The notes: generated from the sequence alone by a model not told the origin. 64,000 nt of DNA from Escherichia coli (GCF_024298765.1 NZ_CP101210.1); one strand, 5' to 3'. Positions 31,541-46,284 are shown, numbered from the stretch's first letter. Made by a program: numbers and translations.

Positions 31541-31642
31541 TCACACTTTTTTGTCTTTAGCCAGCAAGAGCCGTTTACTGTTAATCTGTCAGGGAGTGTC
31601 CTCCCTAACAGTAGCAGAGATCTGCTTTTACATATTTATGCA

Positions 31643-32056
31643 TTAACTGCCACGATAGGTTGAATACCCATATTGGCTAAGTAATAAAGGCACATGATAA
31701 TGCTCGTTCACTTTATTAATATGAAATTCAACGGGGATCTCAGGGAAGAAACTTTCAAGATTTTGTTTCTTGAAATAGTCCCCGGTTTTAAATACGACAC
31801 GGTAATCGCCCGTAGTTGCAGTTTGCTCGGGCCACAGTGCCTTAATTCGTCCATCCTTATCTGTTTTGGCGGTATTAAGTTGTAACCAGCCGTTGTCCGC
31901 TTTCTTTTCAAGAGTGACTGTCACGTCGGCAGCGGGTTTTCCTGTTTGCTGGTTCAAAATGTGCACACTAAGAATGTTTTGTTGTGCAGCATAGACCAAA
32001 GAAGGTAATGAAAATGCAGCCGTTACTACGGAGAGTACTAAATAACGCTTTAACAT
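31643..32056 (-). CDS. hiuH: 5-hydroxyisourate hydrolase (transthyretin-like) HiuH
   Basis: 137 aa with signal peptide; C-terminal YRGS. Confidence 0.9.
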   Translation of the reverse strand: MLKRYLVLSVVTAAFSLPSLVYAAQQNILSVHILNQQTGKPAADVTVTLEKKADNGWLQLNTAKTDKDGRIKALWPEQTATTGDYRVVFKTGDYFKKQNLESFFPEIPVEFHINKVNEHYHVPLLLSQYGYSTYRGS

Positions 32057-32188
32057 GTTTATATCCTTGTCATGTGAATGAGTTTTGAGGATAGCGAAAA
32101 AGCGTCCACGGTAACCTTACAGCAGCATTACAATTTTGTAATGAACCAGGCTGTTTCTATAACATATGATTTATGGCATATTATTTTC

Positions 32189-32860
32189 ATGAAGATTTTA
32201 CTTATTGAAGATAATCAAAGGACCCAGGAGTGGGTAACGCAGGGGCTTTCCGAAGCGGGTTATGTCATTGATGCCGTTTCTGATGGCAGAGATGGGCTTT
32301 ATCTTGCGCTTAAGGATGATTATGCATTGATCATTCTGGATATTATGCTTCCGGGTATGGATGGCTGGCAGATCTTACAAACGTTAAGAACAGCAAAGCA
32401 AACTCCGGTTATTTGCCTTACTGCAAGAGATTCTGTCGATGACAGAGTCAGAGGGCTGGACAGTGGGGCAAATGATTATCTGGTAAAACCTTTTTCATTT
32501 TCTGAGTTGCTGGCAAGGGTTCGGGCACAATTAAGGCAACATCACACTCTGAATTCAACATTAGAAATCAGTGGCTTAAGAATGGACTCTGTTAGTCAAA
32601 GTGTGAGCAGGGACAATATCAGTATTACACTGACGCGCAAGGAGTTTCAGTTACTTTGGCTACTGGCCTCCAGAGCTGGCGAGATTATCCCCAGAACGGT
32701 TATTGCGAGTGAAATTTGGGGAATCAACTTTGATAGTGATACCAATACGGTGGACGTCGCCATTCGCAGGCTCCGCGCAAAAGTTGATGATCCTTTTCCT
32801 GAAAAGCTAATCGCCACAATCCGGGGGATGGGCTATTCATTCGTAGCGGTAAAAAAATAA
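32189..32860 (+). CDS. hprR: Two-component response regulator HprR (YedW)
   Basis: Receiver domain MKILLIEDN... plus winged-helix output domain. Confidence 0.9.
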   Translation: MKILLIEDNQRTQEWVTQGLSEAGYVIDAVSDGRDGLYLALKDDYALIILDIMLPGMDGWQILQTLRTAKQTPVICLTARDSVDDRVRGLDSGANDYLVKPFSFSELLARVRAQLRQHHTLNSTLEISGLRMDSVSQSVSRDNISITLTRKEFQLLWLLASRAGEIIPRTVIASEIWGINFDSDTNTVDVAIRRLRAKVDDPFPEKLIATIRGMGYSFVAVKK

Positions 32861-34218
32861 TGAAAAGATTATCTATAACCGTCCGTTTAACCTTGCTTTT
32901 TATATTGCTGCTGTCTGTTGCTGGCGCTGGAATTGTATGGACTCTCTATAATGGCCTGGCAAGTGAGTTGAAATGGCGCGATGATACAACACTCATTAAC
33001 CGGACAGCGCAGATCAAGCAGTTGTTAATTGATGGGGTAAATCCAGATACGTTACCTGTGTACTTTAACCGGATGATGGATGTTAGTCAGGATATCTTGA
33101 TCATTCATGGTGATAGCATCAACAAAATTGTTAACCGGACGAATGTCAGTGATGACATGTTAAATAACATATCTGCTACTGAGACAATCAGCGCAGCTGG
33201 CATTTACAGAAGCATTATTAATGATACAGAGATAGATGCTTTACGAATTAATATTGATGAAGTTTCGCCATCATTAACGGTTACTGTGGCTAAATTGGCT
33301 TCAGCCAGACATAACATGCTTGAACAGTATAAAATTAATAGCATTATAATTTGCATTGTCGCCATTGTACTTTGCTCAGTATTAAGTCCGCTGTTAATCA
33401 GAACGGGATTACGAGAGATCAAAAAGTTGAGTGGTGTAACGGAAGCGCTGAATTATAACGATAGCCGGGAGCCTGTTGAGGTTAGCGCATTACCGAGAGA
33501 ACTAAAACCTCTTGGGCAGGCGTTGAATAAAATGCATCATGCTTTAGTCAAAGATTTTGAGCGTCTAAGTCAGTTTGCTGACGATCTCGCTCATGAACTT
33601 AGAACGCCCATTAATGCATTACTGGGTCAGAATCAGGTTGCGCTCAGTCAAACCAGAAGTATCGCTGAATATCAAAAAACAATTGCCGGTAACATTGAAG
33701 AGCTGGAAAATATTTCGCGGTTAACAGAGAACATACTGTTTCTTGCCCGGGCAGATAAAAACAATGTTTTGGTGAAACTGGACTCACTTTTTCTCAATAA
33801 GGAAGTCGAAAATTTGTTGGATTATCTTGAATACCTTTCAGACGAGAAAGAGATTTGCTTTAAGGTCGAGTGCAATCAGCAAATCTTTGCGGATAAAATT
33901 TTACTGCAACGAATGTTATCGAATCTTATTGTTAATGCCATTAGATATTCACCAGAAAAATCGCGCATTCATATAACCAGTTTTCTTGATACCAACGGCT
34001 ATCTTAATATTGATATCGCCAGTCCTGGAACGAAAATTAATGAGCCTGAAAAACTCTTCCGTAGATTTTGGCGGGGAGATAATTCGCGTCATTCCGAAGG
34101 TCAGGGACTTGGTCTTTCTTTAGTCAAAGCGATTGCCGAATTGCATGGGGGAAGTGCTACGTATCACTATTTTAATAAGCATAATGTGTTCCGAATTACG
34201 TTACCGCAAAGAAATTAA
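32860..34218 (+). CDS. hprS: Sensor histidine kinase HprS (YedV)
   Basis: TM-periplasmic-TM, HAMP, H-box HELRTP, ATPase domain. Confidence 0.9.
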   Translation: MKRLSITVRLTLLFILLLSVAGAGIVWTLYNGLASELKWRDDTTLINRTAQIKQLLIDGVNPDTLPVYFNRMMDVSQDILIIHGDSINKIVNRTNVSDDMLNNISATETISAAGIYRSIINDTEIDALRINIDEVSPSLTVTVAKLASARHNMLEQYKINSIIICIVAIVLCSVLSPLLIRTGLREIKKLSGVTEALNYNDSREPVEVSALPRELKPLGQALNKMHHALVKDFERLSQFADDLAHELRTPINALLGQNQVALSQTRSIAEYQKTIAGNIEELENISRLTENILFLARADKNNVLVKLDSLFLNKEVENLLDYLEYLSDEKEICFKVECNQQIFADKILLQRMLSNLIVNAIRYSPEKSRIHITSFLDTNGYLNIDIASPGTKINEPEKLFRRFWRGDNSRHSEGQGLGLSLVKAIAELHGGSATYHYFNKHNVFRITLPQRN

Positions 34219-34325
34219 CATAGGGCTTCAGTACGCCATAAATCAACCATGAAAAAACGCAGCCACGTCGTGAGTATTAACGTGGCTGCGATTGATTATG
34301 CGCTTACATTCATACGTAACAGGGA

Positions 34326-35177
34326 TTAACCCGCATAAGCTGCCAGTATTTCCTGCGCCGCCAGTTTACCCAACGCATTCGCTGCGAAAGGACTGTCGCC
34401 GGTGAGAACTTTACGGTCCTTATGTACTCGCCCGGTGATGTCGTCATTAATAATGTTCATGCCCATTTTCTTCAGCTCTTCGCCGAAGTACCAGGTGAGA
34501 TGACCCGGCATATAGCCTATCTCTGGCGTTTGTTTGTCTGCGGCGTCTGGGAATGCGCAAATGGAATAACCATTCAGTGGGTTATCGCCGTGGCGAAGCG
34601 CCAGAAAAGCCGACGGGCCGTGGCAAAGGGAGATAACAAAACGGTCATTTTTGATTGCCCACTGCAAAGCAGCAGCCACGTCCTGGCTTTCTGGTAAACC
34701 AATAAGTGCGCCATGACCACCAGGAACAAAGATTGCTGCATATTCGCTGTCTGCGTTGAGGCTGACGACAACATCCGCGAGTTTTTTCGGATTGCGGAAC
34801 AACGATTTATGCTGCTCAAAGAATGGCATTACTTTTTCATCTTTGTGCGGCATAGCCCAGTATTCAAACTTGGTCATCAGACCGGAAATGGTCGCCACTT
34901 CGAATTCGAAACCTGCAGCATGGAGATGATACAACGGCAGCAACGTTTCAATCGGATGGTTACCGGTCGAGAACAGTTTTCCGTTATCGGTCGGCAAATA
35001 ACGTTCGTCCGCGGCGATCACCAGAATTTTATGTTTACCGCGATACGGTTTTGGATAGTCCACGCCATCAAGATCAGAGACAGGACTGGTATATTGGCTA
35101 AGCGAATATTCTGAAGGGAAGAATGCATTATCTTCAGCAATATCGACCTGCGGATTTTTACTTGTTTGAACAGTCAT
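34326..35177 (-). CDS. hchA: Hsp31 glyoxalase/chaperone HchA
   Basis: 283 aa DJ-1/PfpI family; matches HchA. Confidence 0.95.
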   Translation of the reverse strand: MTVQTSKNPQVDIAEDNAFFPSEYSLSQYTSPVSDLDGVDYPKPYRGKHKILVIAADERYLPTDNGKLFSTGNHPIETLLPLYHLHAAGFEFEVATISGLMTKFEYWAMPHKDEKVMPFFEQHKSLFRNPKKLADVVVSLNADSEYAAIFVPGGHGALIGLPESQDVAAALQWAIKNDRFVISLCHGPSAFLALRHGDNPLNGYSICAFPDAADKQTPEIGYMPGHLTWYFGEELKKMGMNIINDDITGRVHKDRKVLTGDSPFAANALGKLAAQEILAAYAG

Positions 35178-35768
35178 AGTGTATTCCTTATTGTTGCTTA
35201 GTTAGGGTAGTCACTATATTTGCGACTGAGCTGGTCGCTATTTTTAACCAGTCTGGAAAATTGAGTCAATATATCGAAAGCGGTAGTCTGCGGGTGTAAG
35301 TATGTAATGATGATGCTGCACTGGTGTTGAATATTATTCACGCCAAATTTTCCTTATTGAGCAACGTCGTCGCAAGTGGCCTCAATGATTTTAGACCATT
35401 ATCAGAGATGCGGGGCGGAGGGAAGAGATTTAGTGCTGTGGAATATTGTGGTGCTGATCAATATTTATATCCCGGATTGGTAGAGAAAAAGCTTATTTCA
35501 TGCACTATTTTTGCAAATATTTCTATATGGGAGGCGTGTTTGTTGCGGATTAATACATAAAGAAATGTATTTGGAGTGTTGGCTGGAAGAGTAGCTGGTA
35601 GAGATATTGTGCCAGGAGGGGCAGGGTAAGGTGCTGTATCGATATGCTTTGGCAATTGCGTGTGCCGCAGATGGAGATGAAATGCCAATAAAAAAGCCTG
35701 AGTTCGATGAGGGACGAACTCAGGCTAGTGTTATGTTTTACAGTAACACGCCGCGGCGCGTTGGCTGA

Positions 35769-36827
35769 TTAGAACTGGTAGACGATACCAAATGCGAGTT
35801 GGTCGTCGGTGTTCAGTCCATGAGCGAGAACATAATCACTCTTATCAAGCAGGTTGATCTGATAAGCGGTATATACGTTCATGTTCTTATTGAAGTAATA
35901 CCAGGTACCGATTTCAATGTAGTTCAGACGATCAGAATCTTTGTAACCTGCTACGTCCAGTGCTTTAGAATAGGAGTAACCGATGGATGGACGCAGACCG
36001 AAGTCGAACTGATATTGCAGAACAGCTTCGAAGTTTTGTGTTTTGTTCACAACATCACCGTCGTCGGAATTCATGTTGTGAGATTCACCGTACATCACAG
36101 CAGCATAGACGTTGTTGGGATCATATTTTGTTGACAGTGCCCAAACTTCTGCTTTTTCACCTTTACTATCACTAGACTGGAAATCAGTACGGTCAGAGTT
36201 TGCGTAAGCACCAGTAAATGAGAAACCGTCAATAGTGTAAGTTACAGATAAACCATGGCCATCGCCATTTGCTTTGTAGTTGCCTGTACCTTCATTTTTA
36301 CCCTGATATTGCAGAGCAAAATTTAGACCTTCAACCATGCCAAAGAAATCTGTGTTACGATAGGTTGCAACACCGTTGGTACGGTTGGTCATGAACAGGT
36401 CAGTACCAGCCCATGAATCACCGCCCCACTCAACAAACATATCAGTAAATGCTTCTGCATCATACGCGACACCGACATTACGACCATAGTCGAATGAACC
36501 AAAATCTTTGTAACTCAAACCAGCATAAGCCAAACGAGTTTGGTCAGGGTTGTGTCTGTTTGATGCTTCCAGGTCTAGTTCAAACTGACCGTAACCAGTC
36601 AATTCAGGGTTGATCTGAGTTTCACCTTTCACGCCTACACGGGCATAAGAGGTATCTTGAGAATTATCGCCTTTTTCACCATTTTCACGGTCGGTCAGAA
36701 TGCGCTCACCAACCATCTTGCCGTACAGATCCAGTTTATTGCCATCTTTATTATAAATTTCAGCCGCATTTGCTGCGCCAGCAACTAATAACGCCGGGAC
36801 CAGCATTGCCAGAACTTTTCTTTTCAT
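35769..36827 (-). CDS. yedS: OmpC-family general porin (yedS locus), apparently intact 352 aa
   Basis: Signal peptide MKRKVLAMLVPALLVAGAANA; C-terminal F; porin motifs. Confidence 0.85.
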   Translation of the reverse strand: MKRKVLAMLVPALLVAGAANAAEIYNKDGNKLDLYGKMVGERILTDRENGEKGDNSQDTSYARVGVKGETQINPELTGYGQFELDLEASNRHNPDQTRLAYAGLSYKDFGSFDYGRNVGVAYDAEAFTDMFVEWGGDSWAGTDLFMTNRTNGVATYRNTDFFGMVEGLNFALQYQGKNEGTGNYKANGDGHGLSVTYTIDGFSFTGAYANSDRTDFQSSDSKGEKAEVWALSTKYDPNNVYAAVMYGESHNMNSDDGDVVNKTQNFEAVLQYQFDFGLRPSIGYSYSKALDVAGYKDSDRLNYIEIGTWYYFNKNMNVYTAYQINLLDKSDYVLAHGLNTDDQLAFGIVYQF

Positions 36828-37135
36828 TATGTATTCCCTTGTGATTATAATCTTCATGAATATATCAATAAGTGCCGTTATCCAAAAAAAGCACATTTGG
36901 ATACTATTCTATGAAGTTCATTTTATTTTAAAGATTACATGCAACAAATATATTTAAAAGATTTCAAAATGTTTCTAATCTATTTAATATAATTCAGAAT
37001 TATGAATTCTAAACATAAGTATTCATGAAAATTATCAATTCATATCAATATATTATGAGTTTAGCGGAAAGATAGGGGGTATCAATGATTGATGCGCTAA
37101 ACGGCTGGTGTGATCACGCGCACATTAATGAAGGC

Positions 37136-37235
37136 ATAAAAAAGCCGGCATCATGCCGGCCCAAAAAATATAAACAAGACGATAAAAGGCTAATAACGGA
37201 GGCATCATGACACAGAAAAATAAAAAGGTATAATT
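37136..37235 (-). ncRNA. Candidate small RNA in yedS-yedR intergenic region (possibly RseX)
   Basis: Minus-strand hairpin GCCGGCATGATGCCGGC followed by TTTTT; CCUCC anti-SD-like stretch upstream; RseX location recalled, sequence not verified. Confidence 0.3.
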
Positions 37236-37558
37236 GTATTCAGTGCTAATATATTGATTAAATGAATTAATAAAGCCGATATCAAAGATAAATAAAATCG
37301 CTCAAAACGATTTTTCCTGTATTCACTGCCGTTGCGCAAAATTTATCTATTTTTTCAAAAAATGATTGAGTCTTGACTGGCTCATTCAATGTGGAAAAAT
37401 GTGACTTTTATCACATAATAGTACTAAGTCTGAATTTTCCGGGTTATCTCAAAATGGAATACGGTTCGACAAAGATGGAAGAGAGGCTCTCTCGCAGCCC
37501 TGGTGGCAAACTGGCTTTGTGAGCTTTCTATACATGGTGTGGCTATTTCGTCTGGGCA

Positions 37559-37756
37559 ATGGCGCGTTACATCTGGGTGATGAGCCGGATCCCCGATGCC
37601 CCCGTGTCGGGATTTGAAAGCGATTTAGGCTCTACCGCGGGAAAGTGGTTAGGGGCACTGGTCGGATTTTTATTTATGGCTCTGGTCGGGGCATTGTTAG
37701 GCAGCATTGCCTGGTACACCCGACCTCGTCCCGCACGTAGCAGACGCTATGAATAA
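37559..37756 (+). CDS. yedR: Small inner-membrane protein (yedR-like)
   Basis: Hydrophobic helix GALVGFLFMALVGALLGSIAWY; K-12 position; start site uncertain. Confidence 0.6.
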   Translation: MARYIWVMSRIPDAPVSGFESDLGSTAGKWLGALVGFLFMALVGALLGSIAWYTRPRPARSRRYE

Positions 37757-37795
37757 AAACTGCTAAGGTGGCGACTCTTTGGCAACGGAGCGCGT

Positions 37796-38491
37796 ATGGA
37801 CTTACAACACTGGCAGACACAGTTCGAAAACTGGTTGAAAAACCATCATCAGCACCAGGACGCGGCCCATGACGTGTATCATTTTCGCCGCGTCTGGGCT
37901 ACGGCACAGAAGCTGGCGGCAGATGATGACGTCGATATGCTGGTGATTTTAACCGCCTGTTATTTCCACGATATTGTGAGCCTGGCGAAAAATCATCCGC
38001 AACGGCAGCGTTCTTCAATCCTGGCGGCAGAAGAGACGCGTCGCCTGCTCCGTGAAGAGTTCGAGCAATTTCCGGCGGAGAAAATCGAGGCCGTTTGTCA
38101 TGCCATTGCCGCTCACAGTTTCAGCGCGCAAATCGCCCCCTTAACAACGGAAGCTAAAATCGTCCAGGATGCGGATCGGCTGGAAGCCCTGGGGGCGATT
38201 GGCCTGGCGCGCGTGTTTGCCGTTTCAGGGGCATTGGGCGTGGCGCTGTTTGATGGCGAAGATCCGTTCGCACAGTATCGCCCGCTTGATGATAAACGCT
38301 ACGCGCTGGATCATTTCCAGACTAAGTTGCTGAAGCTACCGCAAACCATGCAAACCGTAAGAGGCAAGCAGCTGGCGCAGCACAACGCGCAATTTTTAGT
38401 CGAGTTTATGGCGAAGCTCAGTGCCGAACTGGCGGGGGAGAATGAAGGTGTCGATCACAAGGTGATAGATGCGTTTTCACCTGCGGGCTGA
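37796..38491 (+). CDS. yedJ: HD-domain phosphohydrolase YedJ
   Basis: HD motif (YFHDI) and K-12 synteny. Confidence 0.9.
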   Translation: MDLQHWQTQFENWLKNHHQHQDAAHDVYHFRRVWATAQKLAADDDVDMLVILTACYFHDIVSLAKNHPQRQRSSILAAEETRRLLREEFEQFPAEKIEAVCHAIAAHSFSAQIAPLTTEAKIVQDADRLEALGAIGLARVFAVSGALGVALFDGEDPFAQYRPLDDKRYALDHFQTKLLKLPQTMQTVRGKQLAQHNAQFLVEFMAKLSAELAGENEGVDHKVIDAFSPAG

Positions 38492-38557
38492 GCGCGTGGC
38501 CCTAAATGGCTGTAATTATGTTAACCTGTCGGCCATCTCAGATGGCCGGTTAAATCT

Positions 38558-39976
38558 ATGCAGGAAAATATATCAGTAACCGATTCATACAGCACCGGGA
38601 ATGCCGCACAGGCAATGCTGGAGAAACTGCTGCAAATTTATGATGTTAAAACGCTGGTGGCGCAGCTTAATGGTGTGGGTGAGAATCACTGGAGCGCGGC
38701 AATTTTAAAACGTGCGCTGGCGAATGACTCGGCATGGCACCGTTTAAGTGAGAAAGAGTTCGCCCATCTGCAAACGTTGTTACCCAAACCACCGGCACAT
38801 CATCCGCATTATGCGTTTCGCTTTATCGATCTATTTGCCGGAATTGGCGGTATCCGTCGCGGTTTTGAATCGATTGGCGGACAATGCGTGTTTACCAGCG
38901 AATGGAACAAACATGCGGTACGCACTTATAAAGCCAACCATTATTGCGACCCGGCGACGCATCATTTTAATGAAGATATCCGCGACATAACCCTCAGCCA
39001 TAAAGAAGGTGTGAGTGATGAGGCGGCGGCGGAACATATTCGTCAACACATTCCTGAACACGATGTTTTACTGGCCGGTTTCCCTTGTCAGCCATTTTCG
39101 CTGGCTGGCGTATCGAAAAAGAACTCGCTCGGGCGGGCGCACGGTTTTGCCTGCGATACTCAGGGCACGCTGTTCTTTGATGTGGTGCGCATTATCGACG
39201 CGCGTCGTCCGGCGATGTTTGTGCTCGAAAACGTCAAAAACCTGAAAAGCCACGACCAGGGTAAAACGTTCCGCATCATCATGCAGACGCTGGACGAACT
39301 GGGCTATGACGTGGCTGATGCAGAAGATAACGGGCCGGACGATCCGAAAATCATCGATGGTAAACATTTTCTGCCGCAGCACCGTGAACGCATCGTGCTG
39401 GTGGGTTTTCGTCGCGATCTTAATCTGAAAGCCGATTTTACTCTGCGTGATATCAGCGGATGTTTCCCTGCGCAGCGAGTGACGCTGGCGCAGCTGCTGG
39501 ATCCGATGGTCGAGGCGAAATATATCCTGACGCCGGTACTGTGGAAGTACCTCTATCGATATGCGAAAAAACATCAGGCGCGCGGTAACGGCTTCGGTTA
39601 TGGAATGGTTTATCCGAACAATCCGCAAAGCGTCACCCGTACGCTGTCTGCGCGTTATTACAAAGATGGCGCGGAAATTTTAATCGATCGCGGATGGGAT
39701 ATGGCCACGGGTGAAAAAGACTTTGACGATCCGCTGAATCAGCAACATCGTCCACGTCGGTTAACGCCTCGGGAATGCGCGCGCTTAATGGGTTTTGAAG
39801 CGCCGGGAGAAGCGAAATTCCGCATTCCGGTTTCGGACACTCAGGCCTATCGCCAGTTCGGTAACTCGGTGGTCGTGCCGGTCTTTGCCGCGGTGGCAAA
39901 ACTGCTTGAGCCAAAAATCAAACAGGCGGTGGCGTTGCGTCAGCAAGAGGCACAACATGGCCGACGTTCACGATAA
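38558..39976 (+). CDS. dcm: DNA cytosine-5 methyltransferase Dcm
   Basis: Motif I FAGIGG, motif IV PCQPFS, ENV motif; 472 aa. Confidence 0.95.
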   Translation: MQENISVTDSYSTGNAAQAMLEKLLQIYDVKTLVAQLNGVGENHWSAAILKRALANDSAWHRLSEKEFAHLQTLLPKPPAHHPHYAFRFIDLFAGIGGIRRGFESIGGQCVFTSEWNKHAVRTYKANHYCDPATHHFNEDIRDITLSHKEGVSDEAAAEHIRQHIPEHDVLLAGFPCQPFSLAGVSKKNSLGRAHGFACDTQGTLFFDVVRIIDARRPAMFVLENVKNLKSHDQGKTFRIIMQTLDELGYDVADAEDNGPDDPKIIDGKHFLPQHRERIVLVGFRRDLNLKADFTLRDISGCFPAQRVTLAQLLDPMVEAKYILTPVLWKYLYRYAKKHQARGNGFGYGMVYPNNPQSVTRTLSARYYKDGAEILIDRGWDMATGEKDFDDPLNQQHRPRRLTPRECARLMGFEAPGEAKFRIPVSDTQAYRQFGNSVVVPVFAAVAKLLEPKIKQAVALRQQEAQHGRRSR

Positions 39977-40427
39977 GGCCACTCGCAGCAAAAATATGCG
40001 CGCGATTGCCACGCGTGATACGGCGATAGAGAAGCGCCTCGCCAGTCTGTTAACCGGGCAGGGCCTGGCATTTCGCGTTCAGGACGCCAGTCTGCCCGGA
40101 CGTCCGGATTTTGTCGTTGATGAATATCGTTGCGTGATATTTACCCACGGCTGCTTCTGGCACCATCATCACTGCTATCTGTTTAAAGTGCCTGCGACTC
40201 GAACTGAGTTCTGGCTGGAGAAGATAGGTAAAAATGTTGAGCGCGATCGCCGCGATATCAGTCGCTTGCAGGAGCTCGGCTGGCGCGTACTGATTGTCTG
40301 GGAGTGTGCGTTACGTGGGCGCGAGAAGCTGACGGATGAAGCGCTTATCGAGCGTCTGGAAGAGTGGATCTGCGGCGAAGGTGCCAGCGCGCAGATCGAC
40401 ACGCAGGGGATTCATTTACTCGCTTGA
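39957..40427 (+). CDS. vsr: Very-short-patch repair endonuclease Vsr
   Basis: Overlaps dcm 3' end; 156 aa matching Vsr. Confidence 0.95.
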   Translation: MADVHDKATRSKNMRAIATRDTAIEKRLASLLTGQGLAFRVQDASLPGRPDFVVDEYRCVIFTHGCFWHHHHCYLFKVPATRTEFWLEKIGKNVERDRRDISRLQELGWRVLIVWECALRGREKLTDEALIERLEEWICGEGASAQIDTQGIHLLA

Positions 40428-41336
40428 TGCGTCCTGAATAACTGGCGCAACTACGGGTTTTGCCGGAAAGAGATATTTTCCCAACGTGACCAGTACCACC
40501 GCGAAGACAATTACGCCGAGCGCCAGCCATTCAATCTTCGACAGCGTTTCTCCGCCCAGTCCCGTACCCAGCAAGACCGCGACCACCGGGTTAACGTAGG
40601 CGTAGCTGGTGGCGAGAGCCGGACTGACGTTGCGGATTAAATACATATAAGCGTTAATGGCGATAATCGAACCAAACAGCGCCAGATAGCCGACCGCAAG
40701 GAAGCCTGAAAGGGAAGGGAGTGCCGTCAGTTTTTCACCTGCAATCATCGACGCGATCATTAACACCACGCCTGCCGCCAGCATCTCAATCGCACCCGCC
40801 ATCATCCCTACAGGTAAGGTAATGCGCGAGCCATAAACCGAGCCAAACGCCCAGCTAATCGAGCCGATTAAAATCAGAATCGCGCCCCACGGATTGCCGC
40901 TTAAATTTCCACCGCTATTGAGCATGATGATTCCGGCAAGCCCAATGGCGATACCCACCCATTCCAGTTTGCGCGTTTTAATGCCAAACAGGCGGCTGAA
41001 GCACAGGGTAAAGAGGGGCACGGTTGCAACCACAACGGCGGCGATGCCGGAAGGAACATTTTGATGCTCGGCAACCGTCACCATGCCATTACCGACAGCC
41101 AGCAATAACAGGCCAATCACCGCGGCATTGAGCAGCGGACGTAGCGGGGGGAGTTTGTGTCCGCGCAGTAGCAAAAATGCCAGCAATAAAATACCGGCTG
41201 CCAGGAATCGAACGCCCGCCATCATTAACGGAGGCCAGCTTTCCACGCCAATCCGAATGACAAAATAGGTTGAGCCCCAAATGATATACAACGCAAACAG
41301 CGCGCCAAAAAGCGGTAACAACTGGCGGAAACGCAT
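40416..41336 (-). CDS. yedA: EamA/DMT-family transporter YedA
   Basis: 306 aa, 10 TM helices; synteny. Confidence 0.9.
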   Translation of the reverse strand: MRFRQLLPLFGALFALYIIWGSTYFVIRIGVESWPPLMMAGVRFLAAGILLLAFLLLRGHKLPPLRPLLNAAVIGLLLLAVGNGMVTVAEHQNVPSGIAAVVVATVPLFTLCFSRLFGIKTRKLEWVGIAIGLAGIIMLNSGGNLSGNPWGAILILIGSISWAFGSVYGSRITLPVGMMAGAIEMLAAGVVLMIASMIAGEKLTALPSLSGFLAVGYLALFGSIIAINAYMYLIRNVSPALATSYAYVNPVVAVLLGTGLGGETLSKIEWLALGVIVFAVVLVTLGKYLFPAKPVVAPVIQDASSE

Positions 41337-41508
41337 AATCCCTCACGGTGGAAATAAAAAGGTGGTTCATAGTAAACGTGAAAATCATTCTGCTGGCGAG
41401 AGATATAATTGCACTTGATTGTTAAAAAAATGTTGACCTGTGAAGCAAGTATCAGAGCTGCCGTTTTTGCTTCATACTTACACCCTTCAACAATAAAAAT
41501 GAGAGGGA

Positions 41509-42426
41509 ATGCTTTTGGCCGGGAGTAGTTTACTGACGTTGCTCGATGATATCGCCACACTACTGGACGATATCTCCGTGATGGGCAAACTGGCGGCGAA
41601 GAAAACCGCCGGTGTATTAGGGGATGACTTATCGCTCAATGCGCAACAAGTTTCAGGCGTGCGGGCCAACCGGGAACTTCCCGTGGTCTGGGGCGTGGCG
41701 AAAGGATCGCTGATTAATAAAGTGATTCTGGTGCCGCTGGCGCTGATCATCAGTGCGTTTATCCCGTGGGCGATTACGCCTCTGTTGATGATTGGTGGCG
41801 CGTTTCTCTGCTTTGAAGGAGTAGAGAAAGTGCTGCATATGCTGGAGGCGCGTAAACATAAAGAAGATCCGGCGCAGAGCCAGCAGCGTCTGGAGAAGCT
41901 GGCGGCGCAGGATCCGCTGAAGTTTGAAAAGGACAAAATAAAAGGGGCGATTCGTACCGATTTTATATTGTCTGCCGAAATCGTCGCCATCACGCTGGGG
42001 ATTGTGGCCGAAGCGCCGTTGCTTAATCAGGTGCTGGTGCTTTCAGGCATCGCGCTGGTAGTGACCGTGGGCGTCTACGGTCTGGTAGGGGTTATCGTTA
42101 AGATTGATGACCTGGGGTATTGGCTGGCGGAAAAATCCAGCGCGCTGATGCAGGCATTAGGTAAAGGGTTATTGATCATTGCGCCCTGGTTGATGAAGGC
42201 GTTATCGATTGTCGGCACGCTGGCGATGTTCCTCGTCGGCGGCGGTATTGTGGTACATGGTATTGCGCCGCTGCATCACGCCATTGAACATTTCGCCGGG
42301 CAGCAAAGTGCAGTGGTGGCGATGATATTACCGACTGTTTTAAATCTGATTCTTGGATTTATCATCGGCGGCATCGTGGTGCTGGGAGTGAAAGCCGTAG
42401 CGAAAATGCGCGGTCAGGCACATTAA
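41509..42426 (+). CDS. yedI: Inner-membrane protein YedI (DUF808)
   Basis: 305 aa; synteny. Confidence 0.9.
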   Translation: MLLAGSSLLTLLDDIATLLDDISVMGKLAAKKTAGVLGDDLSLNAQQVSGVRANRELPVVWGVAKGSLINKVILVPLALIISAFIPWAITPLLMIGGAFLCFEGVEKVLHMLEARKHKEDPAQSQQRLEKLAAQDPLKFEKDKIKGAIRTDFILSAEIVAITLGIVAEAPLLNQVLVLSGIALVVTVGVYGLVGVIVKIDDLGYWLAEKSSALMQALGKGLLIIAPWLMKALSIVGTLAMFLVGGGIVVHGIAPLHHAIEHFAGQQSAVVAMILPTVLNLILGFIIGGIVVLGVKAVAKMRGQAH

Positions 42427-42504
42427 TACTCGCACAGGCTATTATGCAAAATTCGCCATCTTCAACTAAGGTGAACAAGTTTCACTCGAAAAAAGGAGGC
42501 GAGT

Positions 42505-42687
42505 ATGAGCTTTATGGTTAGTGAGGAAGTTACGGTTAAAGAGGGCGGCCCGCGGATGATTGTCACTGGATACTCCAGCGGTATGGTTGAGTGTCGTTGG
42601 TATGACGGTTACGGGGTCAAGCGGGAAGCTTTTCATGAAACCGAGCTTGTTCCGGGGGAGGGGAGTCGTTCTGCGGAAGAAGTTTGA
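42505..42687 (+). CDS. yodC: Small protein YodC
   Basis: 60 aa; synteny. Confidence 0.85.
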   Translation: MSFMVSEEVTVKEGGPRMIVTGYSSGMVECRWYDGYGVKREAFHETELVPGEGSRSAEEV

Positions 42688-42857
42688 AAGGGTATCATTA
42701 ACACCAGGCCGGATCACTTCCGGCCTGGTGTGCCAATGCCTGCAATGAATGATAGTCGCGTCTTATCATGCCACCATTATAAAATTATCGCTGTTTTGCG
42801 GTACGCTATCGCCAGGTTATGCCAGAATCATAAAAAAGCAGGTGGGGAGTCGTCAGG

Positions 42858-45382
<2,525 letters not shown>

Positions 45383-45562
45383 TTACCAGGATGATTCTCA
45401 AAACAGCACAAATTATCAAAGATGATTTTGTTCGGGAGCGATCCCGCTGACGCCAGAGCCACCAAGGGGTGACGTGCGTCACATTTCTATTCATAAGTAG
45501 CGTTAATCATTCATATAGCGAATATTTTCTTGTCAGCGAAAAAAATTGCGGATAAGGTGATG

Positions 45563-45649
45563 AACACATCAGATTTCCTGGTGTAACGAATTTTTTAAGT
45601 GCTTCTTGCTTAAGCAAGTTTCATCCCGACCCCCTCAGGGTCGGGATTT
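45563..45649 (+). ncRNA. dsrA: DsrA small regulatory RNA
   Basis: Sequence AACACATCAGATTTCCTGGTGTAACG...CCCGACCCCCTCAGGGTCGGGATTT matches DsrA as recalled, including terminator. Confidence 0.9.
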
Positions 45650-45662
45650 TTTTATTGTGCAT

Positions 45663-45890
45663 TCAACGATTCACCTCAGAGACGCTGAAGTCATGAATAT
45701 CCAGTTCGAAGGCATCCGCCAATTCACGCCATGTATGATATTCACGTCCATCGACGCTAACGTGTTCAGAATCGTTCTGGCTGCGATGAACTTCGCTTTC
45801 GCTAATTTCATTGATCGCCGCCAGCAGGGCATCGACATCGACGCTGACCTCACGTTTTGCGGTATCGCTGTACTCTTTTGCGGTTTTCAT
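45663..45890 (-). CDS. yodD: Small protein YodD
   Basis: 75 aa MKTAKEYSDTAK...; synteny. Confidence 0.85.
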   Translation of the reverse strand: MKTAKEYSDTAKREVSVDVDALLAAINEISESEVHRSQNDSEHVSVDGREYHTWRELADAFELDIHDFSVSEVNR

Positions 45891-45962
45891 CATCTTTCCT
45901 CGCAACCGTTACTCTGTTGTTGCCGCCAGTCGTTAAGTCCGCCTGGCATCACTTAAGTATAG

Positions 45963-46241
<279 letters not shown>

Positions 46242-46284
46242 TCTTATTCAGCCTGACTGGTGGGAAACCACCAGTCAGAATGTG

